The translations under genes and the position numbers were made by a program. 64,000 bases of DNA, taken from IMG/VR virus record IMGVR_UViG_3300005613_000020, positions 32,885-96,884 of that record; one strand, written 5' to 3'. The DNA is from a virus. Numbering within the stretch: position 1 is the first letter of the stretch; each line of letters begins with the position of its first letter. The notes beneath the pieces were generated by a model that was not told the origin of the DNA, made no database searches, and saw only the letters and a list, made by a program, of their open reading frames with translations. Below are positions 28,259 through 37,300 of the stretch, piece after piece.

Positions 28259-29183
28259 AAACCCTAGGTTGTTCTCCTGCTACTGCATTTACAATTGAAA
28301 TTTTGTTTGTAATCAAAACTGCTCTATCAAAGTTGTAGTCCGTTCCTGCCTTTACGAACTCTCCTCGATCTTCAGCATCTGTAGCACTTGAATCTGCATC
28401 CCTATCAAAGGCTATGTACGTATCCCTAGTGAAAAATAGATGTCCATTTCTAAGTTCTGTTACGTGACGATATCTCCTCGAAGGTGAAGCATTAGCAGTT
28501 TCTAACCATTCATTATCAAGTCCCTGCTCTCCGTCACAATAAACAGATGCGGTTTCAAGAGACTCTGCTTGTAAGCCATCCGCATAAAATACCGTTCCGT
28601 GCTGGGAACCTGTAACAACATAAGCTCTTAGATTGGTATTTTCGATCATCTCGTCCTTTCCTATCTGTGCAACCGATCTCTGCCATGATGTAGAAAGGGT
28701 TACTGTATTTCCAGTAGCGATTGTATTACCAGAATCATCCTTAATTATTACTAGTGCCTCATCTCCACCAGCAGCGGCATCTCTCAGATATACGCTAACG
28801 CAAAGCGGTACTTTAGCCGGATATGATCCAAGATCCCAATATCCACCTTCATTATCCGCTGCATTATCTGGAGTAACTTCCATTGAAGTTGCACCATAAA
28901 GAAACGTAGTCCCATCGGTATCAAGGGTTGCTTCACTAGCAACCATACCAGTTGGAGGATTCCCAGCTCCAGGTAACGCAAAACTAGGATTTGTAATCAT
29001 GTTGATTGTCTGTTGACCAGCATCAACCGTAATAAGATCTTCCGCAGTTCCTGGAGTTGCTAACGTTAAATCAACGGGAAAGTTCTTTGACATTGGCCTT
29101 AGAGATTCCCTAGTAGATGGGTCCCTTTCCCTAGGCCATTGGGCATAAACCCTAGCGTCTAACTTTGTTTGATATGCTCCCAT
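28236..29183 (-). CDS. Structural protein with carbohydrate-binding-like domain
   Basis: NMITNPSF, SVYLR, LSTSWQR, FYADGLQAE, YCDG motifs. Confidence 0.7.
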   Translation of the reverse strand: MGAYQTKLDARVYAQWPRERDPSTRESLRPMSKNFPVDLTLATPGTAEDLITVDAGQQTINMITNPSFALPGAGNPPTGMVASEATLDTDGTTFLYGATSMEVTPDNAADNEGGYWDLGSYPAKVPLCVSVYLRDAAAGGDEALVIIKDDSGNTIATGNTVTLSTSWQRSVAQIGKDEMIENTNLRAYVVTGSQHGTVFYADGLQAESLETASVYCDGEQGLDNEWLETANASPSRRYRHVTELRNGHLFFTRDTYIAFDRDADSSATDAEDRGEFVKAGTDYNFDRAVLITNKISIVNAVAGEQPRVYGNFWGC

Positions 29184-29193
29184 AATTCACCTC

Positions 29194-29565
29194 TTACATC
29201 TGGATTTCGCCGGTTGCTAAGCATACTTGATACATTACCCCGCATTGCTTGCAGCGGAATCTTGCAATCTCATCACTATATTCCCAAGGTCTAGATTCTT
29301 GTGAGTCTCCAACACATCCACAAACTGGACAGGATTGTTCGATTTCTTCTTGCTCTTTATTTCTGAGCTTGTGGATGAATTCAACCTTCTCCTCAACCTT
29401 TGGAGTTGCATCCAACTTATCTACCAATTTCTCATGTGATTCATGCACTTCTTGCACAACCACAGGTTCTTCCCTTTGTACTGCATCAACTTTTCGTTCC
29501 TTCCGCACAGGTCGCAACATTCCCTTCTTTTTTCCTGTTTTATACCTTTTACTGTGTGGTTTCAT
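29194..29565 (-). CDS. Zinc-ribbon protein
   Basis: CPVCG...CKQCG. Confidence 0.65.
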   Translation of the reverse strand: MKPHSKRYKTGKKKGMLRPVRKERKVDAVQREEPVVVQEVHESHEKLVDKLDATPKVEEKVEFIHKLRNKEQEEIEQSCPVCGCVGDSQESRPWEYSDEIARFRCKQCGVMYQVCLATGEIQM

Positions 29566-29785
29566 TGCTTTCCTCCTTCTGCCTTAACTCCTGCATTCTA
29601 GGACCTTGCCACCTTCTTCGATGTCCACATGCCCAACAAGAACACATTTGCGGAGTCTTTGAGGTCATTCCAATTCTCTTGTCGTCAATCCAATCTTCAT
29701 CCAATTTCCAAACGTTTCTAAGCCAACCTCTTACCATTCTTCTCTTTCTATGTTCGCGATGCCTTCTCTCCGCTCGGTTTATCAT
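29549..29785 (-). CDS. Small basic protein with CSCWxCG motif
   Basis: TPQMCSCWACGHRRR, a recurrent phage hypothetical motif. Confidence 0.7.
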   Translation of the reverse strand: MINRAERRHREHRKRRMVRGWLRNVWKLDEDWIDDKRIGMTSKTPQMCSCWACGHRRRWQGPRMQELRQKEESNETTQ

Positions 29786-29834
29786 TTTTCTCGCTAATGG
29801 CTTATTAACCCATTATCCCAAAATATCGTGAATG

Positions 29835-29856
29835 GGGGAGGGATTAAACCCTCCCC
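29835..29856 (-). terminator. Hairpin after putative decoration gene
   Basis: GGGGAGGG-6nt-CCCTCCCC. Confidence 0.55.
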
Positions 29857-29865
29857 ACAATCATC

Positions 29866-30258
29866 TTAACCCTCGTCGTAAAATTCGCCGCAAGGCTGGA
29901 AGAATACAACTGCACAAATATTTACTGCACCAGCATTATCACACTCTAGCTGAATCGTGATGTCGGTATCAGCTGCAAACTGTTGGCTACCAGCTACCGA
30001 ACTGCAAACTTCAGCATTTGTATCACCTTGGGCTGTCTCGGTATCTGTACCATCGGTTACAATAACTGACATATCGCCGGTTACGGTATCTGCCGAAGTT
30101 CCATATATCCTTCTAGCTATCACTGGAAACGGAAACTGAAGTATTAGAGCATCTACCGTTGTAGCATTTACCGATGCTTTGCAGCAAACCGGAATCAACG
30201 GCATATGGCCCTTACCACAGAGGTCCACCATCCTTTTGGCTCCCTTCTTATAGCTCAT
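29866..30258 (-). CDS. Putative capsid decoration protein
   Basis: Directly after MCP; GGAGG SD before MSYKK (30258); beta-rich. Confidence 0.6.
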   Translation of the reverse strand: MSYKKGAKRMVDLCGKGHMPLIPVCCKASVNATTVDALILQFPFPVIARRIYGTSADTVTGDMSVIVTDGTDTETAQGDTNAEVCSSVAGSQQFAADTDITIQLECDNAGAVNICAVVFFQPCGEFYDEG

Positions 30259-30267
30259 TCGAACCTC

Positions 30268-30319
30268 CAAAAATAAAATTTGTGGGATTGGGGGGGAAAT
30301 TAATCCCCCCCGAAGTCCC
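30268..30319 (-). terminator. Intrinsic terminator after major capsid gene
   Basis: G7/C7 stem plus outer GGGACT/AATCCC pairing, followed by a T-rich tract on the minus strand. Confidence 0.7.
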
Positions 30320-30327
30320 TGAGTTAA

Positions 30328-31653
30328 TTACGCATTGAGGTCAGAGATTCTACCCTGAACGTCGATCCTAAGAGCGCGAAGTTCAGCCATCATATACAGA
30401 AGGCCACGGACCACCAAAGCGTCCGCATGGAAGTAATCCCTATTCTCGTAGTACTGAGTGGGAAGCGCAACCGCGATCTCAAGATAGTCAGTATCGAGAA
30501 CCATAATATCGGAACCAAGAACCGTACCAGAGTCATCAACGGACTTCATCTGGTCTGGGTCGGGAAGAATCGGAATGCCCATATAGGTTGAGAGAACAAG
30601 TCCAGTTCGGGTTCCAGGAAGGGTTCGCTCGTCGCCAACGCCAACCTGATACTCTTCGGTACCCATATAACGCTGTTGAGCCGACAGAAGTCGCTCCATC
30701 CTAAAATATTGATCCCAGCCCATTGTAATGAGCTTGGGTTCGCCACCAGCTTCGCGGATCTTCTGAATCTGAGTATCGATCATCGTGAGGGTAAGGTCTC
30801 TACCAGTTCCATCATTCCCATCGTAGTTTGCCAGAGCGGCATACCCACCAGCGGTTCTAGTTGTCAAATTGTAGCAATCGGGATTTACGGCATTGCCAGA
30901 TCCGCCAACAATCATCCCATCCTCGCAACAAATGTCGCCAAGGGAGGTTAGAGCGGCACGGGACCGTACAAAGACGGTATCGCCAGCGGCAATGGCCGTT
31001 CCAGTTGCAATGGTCACGGTTGTACCGGACACGTTGGACACGGCACGAGCGGTTCCATCAATTGCACCACCAGTCTCATCCCAAAAATCGACGGTATCGC
31101 CGATATGGAACTGGGAAGCGATTGCGGCCGAAGCGCATACAAACGTAGTTGTAGACCCGCCAGTTGCGTAGCATGCTGGGGTTGAAACCAGCTGCTGGTT
31201 AATATTCTTTACAAAGTCCCTCTCGCAAGCCTCTTGCTCGGTGGCGAGGATGTCCCCCATTCCGCCCGCAAGAGAATTAACAAAGATCGACTTCACCGGG
31301 ACGCCAAACGTTGCCGCAGGAATCTTTGGCAGCGAATAAACGCCCTCGTAGTTCGACACGTCAATGGTCGGAAGACTTCCGGTCTCTGTGACGGGGCGAA
31401 CCCTTTGGTCTCCACGGTCGGTTCTAAGAACCCAACCCGCGGTATTCCCCCACGGAACCTTCTTAATGGCATTGTAGGTGACCTTCTTATTATTAAGTGC
31501 GTCCCATACCTTGCGTCCGTAGGTCTGATTGAACGTCGAAGCTGCGGTTGTTAGGTAGGTCTGCTTTTTCAAGTAGTCCTCTCCAAAAACCTTGGTCTGT
31601 AGACCACGCTGACTTGACGCGATAAATTCAGCAATTCCTATTTCGTCAGACAT
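30328..31653 (-). CDS. Major capsid protein (HK97 fold) with inserted beta domain
   Basis: Follows scaffold; AAGGAG SD; ETGSLP, LTLTMID, YMGIPILPD, LDTDYL motifs; strong GC3 codon bias. Confidence 0.85.
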   Translation of the reverse strand: MSDEIGIAEFIASSQRGLQTKVFGEDYLKKQTYLTTAASTFNQTYGRKVWDALNNKKVTYNAIKKVPWGNTAGWVLRTDRGDQRVRPVTETGSLPTIDVSNYEGVYSLPKIPAATFGVPVKSIFVNSLAGGMGDILATEQEACERDFVKNINQQLVSTPACYATGGSTTTFVCASAAIASQFHIGDTVDFWDETGGAIDGTARAVSNVSGTTVTIATGTAIAAGDTVFVRSRAALTSLGDICCEDGMIVGGSGNAVNPDCYNLTTRTAGGYAALANYDGNDGTGRDLTLTMIDTQIQKIREAGGEPKLITMGWDQYFRMERLLSAQQRYMGTEEYQVGVGDERTLPGTRTGLVLSTYMGIPILPDPDQMKSVDDSGTVLGSDIMVLDTDYLEIAVALPTQYYENRDYFHADALVVRGLLYMMAELRALRIDVQGRISDLNA

Positions 31654-31678
31654 GTTTCATATCTCCTTATTCTTATTT

Positions 31679-31927
31679 GGAGTCTTTTATCTCATTTTCT
31701 GAGACGTTACGCATCCGACTCCCTTATGCGTTTTTTCTCCCAAATTTTTTCTCTCCATCTAGCATTATGCCGATTTCGATTTCCCTATGTCGATCCTTCT
31801 TATGGGAGACGCTCCTTTCGGAGACCTTACGGATACGACCTACATATATTCAATTGTTGTTCTCATTGGGCTCTTAGAGCTTTTACACACCTACCTACAT
31901 ATTAATAGGTACTCTATGCCCAAATGA
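31679..31927 (-). ncRNA. Candidate structured RNA leader upstream of MCP
   Basis: Multiple nested stems; tandem ~29 nt motif with compensatory changes. Confidence 0.5.
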
Positions 31928-32147
31928 CGTTCCCCGCAATCCGAGTTACAAGCCCTTTCATTATCCTTATCATGTTTCTCCTTACCTAAGTCTAGGATAT
32001 TATCTGACTCTTTTACTCTAGTGCCCTTATCATTTACCATACTTTATTATGTCAAGCCTTTTCTTTCTTTCGGCCGATCCAGCTATAACACTTTACATAA
32101 TAGGGTACACAAAACTGCACTTTTGCGAACCGTCCTAGCTAAACTCC

Positions 32148-32882
32148 TTAGTCAAAATTCCATACTCCGCCGGGCATCTGAGTGTTTGAATCTTGGTTCA
32201 TCTTCTCTTGCATCCTACGGAGTTCCTTATAGCTTAAGTCTTTCATCTTCTCAACAGTCTCGGACTCGGACTCGTCGCCCTTTAGGATTGGCATGTCACC
32301 AGTTCCCAGGTCTCGACTCGTTGGACTATTAAGTCCCTTGGACTCCTTAAACCCTGCTTTGCGTAGTCTTTCCTCGACAGCCTTCTGAATCATATTCTCC
32401 ATGTCTTCCTTATCTTCTTCCTTTTCCTCTTCTTGCTTCTCCTTCTCCTCATCAGAGCCTTCCTTTTCAACCTTTTCCTCTTCCTTCTCATCCTCTTGCT
32501 TTTCTACCTTATCAGTTACATTACCATCATCAATAGGCTTTTGACTCTCTTCAGGCTTAGTATCTACCTTTTCTGAACCCTCTTCACTATCCGCGCCGGT
32601 ATTCGTCATTTCTGCGGGTACATCGGGACCAGCTTCCTTGAATAGATTAGGGTAGGTAATCTCTAGTGCCTTAATGAGATTCTTGACCATCTTCTCTTCC
32701 TTCTCTTCCTCTTCTTGTTCCTTCAACTCTTCTTCTTTCTTCTCTTCATCCGCTTCCTGCTTCTGGATTAGTCGCCCAAGATAACTATTCATAGTCTCAA
32801 GGGTTTCAGCAGTTGCAGACAAGGCCAATGTGTTGCCTTCAAGCTTCTTCTCTATTGCATCCACTCTCTCATCAATATCCAT
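32148..32882 (-). CDS. Capsid scaffolding protein
   Basis: E/K-rich coiled coil upstream of MCP; GGAGG SD. Confidence 0.8.
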   Translation of the reverse strand: MDIDERVDAIEKKLEGNTLALSATAETLETMNSYLGRLIQKQEADEEKKEEELKEQEEEEKEEKMVKNLIKALEITYPNLFKEAGPDVPAEMTNTGADSEEGSEKVDTKPEESQKPIDDGNVTDKVEKQEDEKEEEKVEKEGSDEEKEKQEEEKEEDKEDMENMIQKAVEERLRKAGFKESKGLNSPTSRDLGTGDMPILKGDESESETVEKMKDLSYKELRRMQEKMNQDSNTQMPGGVWNFD

Positions 32883-33159
32883 TAGATTTGACCTCCGTCT
32901 TTTTTTTGTTCTTCAACCAGGTTGGTCTTAGCCATCCGACCTGGTGATCTACTGCAATCTTTGCCATTGTTTCCGCGTCGCTTTTTCCTAGTGATTCTGC
33001 ATGTTCTAGTTCGTGATTCATTCCCATATGAAGTTGATGCTGATTTATCTTTGACCAGTCAACATCCAATTTGTCTCCAGTCTTTCTCGCGTCTTCTATA
33101 GAGAACTTTTCTTCCTTCTTCAGGCTTTTATACAACCTTAAAATGTTCTCTACATTCAT
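32872..33159 (-). CDS. DUF5661-like protein with atypical C-terminus
   Basis: LHMGMNHELEH...AKIAVDH motif; start taken at MNVEN. Confidence 0.6.
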   Translation of the reverse strand: MNVENILRLYKSLKKEEKFSIEDARKTGDKLDVDWSKINQHQLHMGMNHELEHAESLGKSDAETMAKIAVDHQVGWLRPTWLKNKKKTEVKSNGY

Positions 33160-33288
33160 TCCTAATTTCTCCTTTATTACACGCAAAAAAGTAGGACTCG
33201 CAGGCACCCTCCTATATAGAGTATTCCTACTATCCTACTCTTTACTTTTCTACTGTACCGCTATGCTTAGCTTTAACCCACTATACCA

Positions 33289-33317
33289 AGTATATCATAC
33301 TTTTTTTAGCGCGTCAA
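33289..33317 (-). promoter_or_regulatory. Sigma70/sigmaA-type promoter with extended -10
   Basis: TTGACG-17 bp-TATACT with TG just upstream of the -10; A-tract upstream. Confidence 0.8.
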
Positions 33318-33335
33318 CTTTTTTTCGTAGCTAAA

Positions 33336-33494
33336 TTACTCTAAATTCTCGGCTATTTCTCTCAATCTACTAGCTATTATTCTTGCTGTTGGATCGAGTA
33401 TAATAACGCACTCTATATCTCCGGTAAAAGTAGATCTTTTTAGATTATCTAATCCTTCTGCTAGCTCTAAAATATACTCTTTATCAGTCTTCAT
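33336..33494 (-). CDS. Small hypothetical protein (52 aa, not in ORF track)
   Basis: AAGGAG SD; MKTDKEYILELAEGLDNL... Confidence 0.6.
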   Translation of the reverse strand: MKTDKEYILELAEGLDNLKRSTFTGDIECVIILDPTARIIASRLREIAENLE

Positions 33495-33580
33495 TAAGCT
33501 CCTTTTCTGTCCTTAAAGAAGACCCTATTTGTTCGTAAGTCTTCACTTGTCTTCATCAGTCTTCAATGCTGTCTTCTTTA
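33487..33580. repeat. GTCTTC/GAAGAC repeat cluster
   Basis: GTCTTC at 33487, 33539, 33549, 33559, 33571; inverted copy at 33518. Confidence 0.7.
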
Positions 33581-33898
33581 ATGATTCTGTCCATACGGAG
33601 TTATAGCTGAGTCACAATTTGTATGAAAGTTGCTAGTCTCTACCAAGCTACACGATGTAAAAGTATTGATAGACTTATGTATGCATGCAACAGTTACTTC
33701 TACGTTTTCGGGGAAACACCTTTTTTCTATGTCCTCATAAATCTCTGCGAATCTCTCCTTTATATCTGGAGAACATACATTGTAGTGAACACAGTCACGA
33801 CAATATTCCCTATTTATTTTACGTGGCCTATTTTCCAATTCCTCAGCAGCTTTATTTATGGCCTTCTGTTCTAGATCTATCCTATCCCATTGCAACAT
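33578..33898 (-). CDS. Cys-containing hypothetical protein
   Basis: CRDCVHYNVC; GGAG SD. Confidence 0.6.
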   Translation of the reverse strand: MLQWDRIDLEQKAINKAAEELENRPRKINREYCRDCVHYNVCSPDIKERFAEIYEDIEKRCFPENVEVTVACIHKSINTFTSCSLVETSNFHTNCDSAITPYGQNH

Positions 33899-33907
33899 AT
33901 TTATCTC

Positions 33908-34105
33908 CTAGTACTCATCCTTAAATGGTTGGTCTCCTTCGTATTCTCTTAACATATCTAGCTTAGTCGGTATTGTGCAGTATACAGTACCCCTTTCCTG
34001 TATCTTCCTCTGAGATATCAAGTTACAGCTAGTGAATCTTCTAAATCTAGGCATTCTGAATGAGACCATCACCTCAATTTCTCCCACGGGAGTCCTAAGC
34101 TTCAT
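33908..34105 (-). CDS. Small hypothetical protein
   Basis: GAGGAG SD; coupled. Confidence 0.55.
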   Translation of the reverse strand: MKLRTPVGEIEVMVSFRMPRFRRFTSCNLISQRKIQERGTVYCTIPTKLDMLREYEGDQPFKDEY

Positions 34106-34316
34106 CTTTCTCTCTCCTCCTTCTCTTTATGGAATTAACCGCTTTTGCTCCTCCGGCTACCCCAGCTATACTTCCGATAGTTCCTGTGATAATTATTATA
34201 GTTTGCCATTCAACATCACTCTGAGTGATGAGACAGGCCAATGCGATGATTGTAAGACAAGTTATCGCTACGATGCTAATTATCCACCTTTTCCTCTGGG
34301 GTATCTGGTTCATCAC
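34095..34316 (-). CDS. Small two-TM protein (holin-like)
   Basis: Two hydrophobic helices and basic C-terminus. Confidence 0.6.
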   Translation of the reverse strand: MMNQIPQRKRWIISIVAITCLTIIALACLITQSDVEWQTIIIITGTIGSIAGVAGGAKAVNSIKRRRREKDEA

Positions 34317-34324
34317 TCTCTGTT

Positions 34325-37300
34325 TTAGCTTAGTTTCTTTTTTATCTCTTCAGATATAGTGTTTCCTATCTCTTCAAGATCTAAGTCATCAGGAATTTCA
34401 ACATGTATAGGTGGTAAATCTAAGTCTTTACCTGTTTCATCCTCTTCCCTTAGAATATCATCTATTTGTGGTCTAGTAGTAGATGCAGTAGCATCCTTCT
34501 CTACCTTGTCTCCCCACTTCTTTGGAACTTCTCCGTCCTTTACCTTATGCGTAGCAACAACATCATTATCGCCTTCCTTGAATTCCTCTGCATGTTTATC
34601 GCAGAACCAGGCTCTTCCTCTTCCATCGGCCCAAAGTAATTCCTTTGTAGGAGGTTCGTCACAATGCATACATTTCGATCTTGAGTATTGTTTCTCTAAA
34701 TCCTCATCTTCAGATTCCTCTTGTATTTCCGCAAGAGCATTCCATGCTTTTACTCCCTCTTCTCTAATCCTAGCTCCTCTAAATTGTTCTGCTAAATCAT
34801 CTGCTTGGTCATGGTTATTTGATTCCTTTAATACTGCATAAGCTATTTCCATATCGTCGAAGCCCATGCTAATAAGTTTATCAAAGGTTTCTTTGTCAAT
34901 ATATACTATATCAACATTCTTTCCCTTATTCTTAGCGTGTAAAGCCCTATTATGACCATCAACTATATTAATTTCATTATCACCCACATATCCGACAATT
35001 GGAGGCATATCTTCCGCGTCAGGCCACGACTCTTCAACGAACTCTAAATTGTGCTGATCAGATTCTCTGAAAACTAGATTATTCGGATTTACGTAGTTTT
35101 CCCGCACTTCTCCTCTCGAAATATACGTTTTCCTATCAGGACTTCTCGTAATTTCACCTCTATTATATTCTACATTTCTCTTCTTTGGTCTTATCCACCT
35201 CCTTGTTTCCTCCTTCCATTCAAGTCCAGTTCTTGGTGGGGGTCCAGGAGGACCGGCTCTCACTACTAAATCCTCCTCTTCCGATGTTGTTGGAACATAT
35301 TCAGGACTCTTTATTATCTTTTCTCTATCTGTGTCGGGAGTTGGTTTATCTAATCCCTCTTCATCTTGTTTACGCTCTAGCTCATACTCTTCTGGAACTA
35401 GTTCTATCTTCTCTATTTCTTCTTCCTGCGACTTTTCTGGAGTGGGTAGTGCAGGCCCTACAAAATCAGTTTGTAGTTTCTTCAATCTCAAATCACCCTT
35501 AACGATATCAAGATATGTCTTGCTTCTTTCTTTTCTGTCGCCTTTATAGATAATTGCATTGTTGTCAGATCCTTGGATCTTTCTTACATTCCATCCAGGA
35601 AACTCCGCAGCAAGGTCTACTATACTATCCCAATGATGTCTGTGATCTCCTTGAAGTCTTTTGCCTAGTGGAACGATATGTGCTACATTTTGTCCTGCTA
35701 CTCTTTCGCTTTCATCCAATGCCTTTTGTATGTCCTCGATATGTTCTAATACATGCATTGAAATAATCGTGTCAAATTCATCATCTTCGTATGGAAGTCC
35801 CTTACTGATATCACAATGATCTACAACGATACCATCTTCCTCTACATCCTTTGTTACCATCTCATCAATATCAACTCCGCGAACCCAATAATGAGAATTC
35901 CGTAAAATCTGTAGTAAGCTACCGTTTCCACAACCAAGCTCTAGAACCTTATCGCCTACAATACTTTTCATCAACTCTGCCATGTCAATTATAAGGGGTT
36001 CAGTTGTTGAACCATATCCCCTATCAACCTTCTGTATTACTTCTTCTCCATTCACTTGTTTCAGCATACCAAACTTCTCGCAAGGAACTAACTCAAGCTT
36101 ATATAACGGTATGTGCTCTTTGTTTTTGTCTAGGGAGCTAATATAATTTAGCCTGTTCTTCTGTTCTGGAGATATCTCTCTAGCTAGCCTGACCTTTACG
36201 GCTTCCGACAGCCATGACTTGTCATCTGAACGAATTAATATATCTATCTTACCGTTCTTCCCCTTCTCTATCATGTCGCCAACCATTGATACAGTACAAT
36301 CTGACAACTCTAAAGTCTTTTTAGGAAATACATTGACTGCATCATCTAGAGAAATTATCTCAAGATCTGTAACCTTTTCTTCTTCCTCTGCCTTATCTCC
36401 CTTTATAAGGTTGAAATGAGCCTTTTGGTTTGCTGGATTCTGGACAAAAGAAATCTCAGAAAGTTCTAGTGCTGTAACCTTAAGGTAGCTTCCTCCCCCT
36501 GCTTTCTTAACATCCTCTTTCTCTGTGGCTATTCCAGCAATTGAATAAGATCTAATGCTACCATTCTTGATCTCTTCCCTTACCTTCTCTGGTATCCTTC
36601 CGCTACTATTTATCTCAGAAACCACAAACAATCCTTTGTCTGATATACCTGACCTATAGATATTTCCTTCTTTATTAATGAATAGGGGAATTATCCATCC
36701 TACCTGAGCATCGCTATTATGAAATACAATACCCTTTCCACAATATGTGTGATCTTTGTCTACATTTAGATCATATACATATCCATCATAATGATTTTTT
36801 CTTACAGACAATATCTTGGTTCCATTAGAAACTTGTAGACTATCTTTGGATAACAACAACTCAGTTAAATATGCCTTCCATTTATCCCTATTAAAATTCG
36901 TTTTTCCATGACATTTATCACAAAGAGTTATTAAATTAGATGAAGTAGAATTTTCTTTATCATAATCAATATGATGTACATATAATGATGAATCAACAGA
37001 ATTATTACTAGCACCACATATCATACACCTATTATTATCCCGATTTCGTGTTTCTTTTTTTACCTCTTCGGTAAATCCTATATAAGTAAAATCGATAGAA
37101 TGGCCATCTATATAAGAAGGATTATTCTTTCCTGAGAATGCTAAAGACCTACATTCTTTAGAGCAAAATACTTGGTAGCTCCGTTTCCTTGAAATTTGGA
37201 ATTCCTTCCTGCAATATTTACAGACTAATACCTTAGGTCCTTTATATCTTGGATTCTTAATTCCTGAGACTGAAAATGACAGTCTATTTTTTATCTGTAA

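Noticed and set aside
32027-32055. Perfect TTGACA upstream of the capsid leader as a sigma70 promoter
   Set aside because: No convincing -10 hexamer at 16-18 bp spacing
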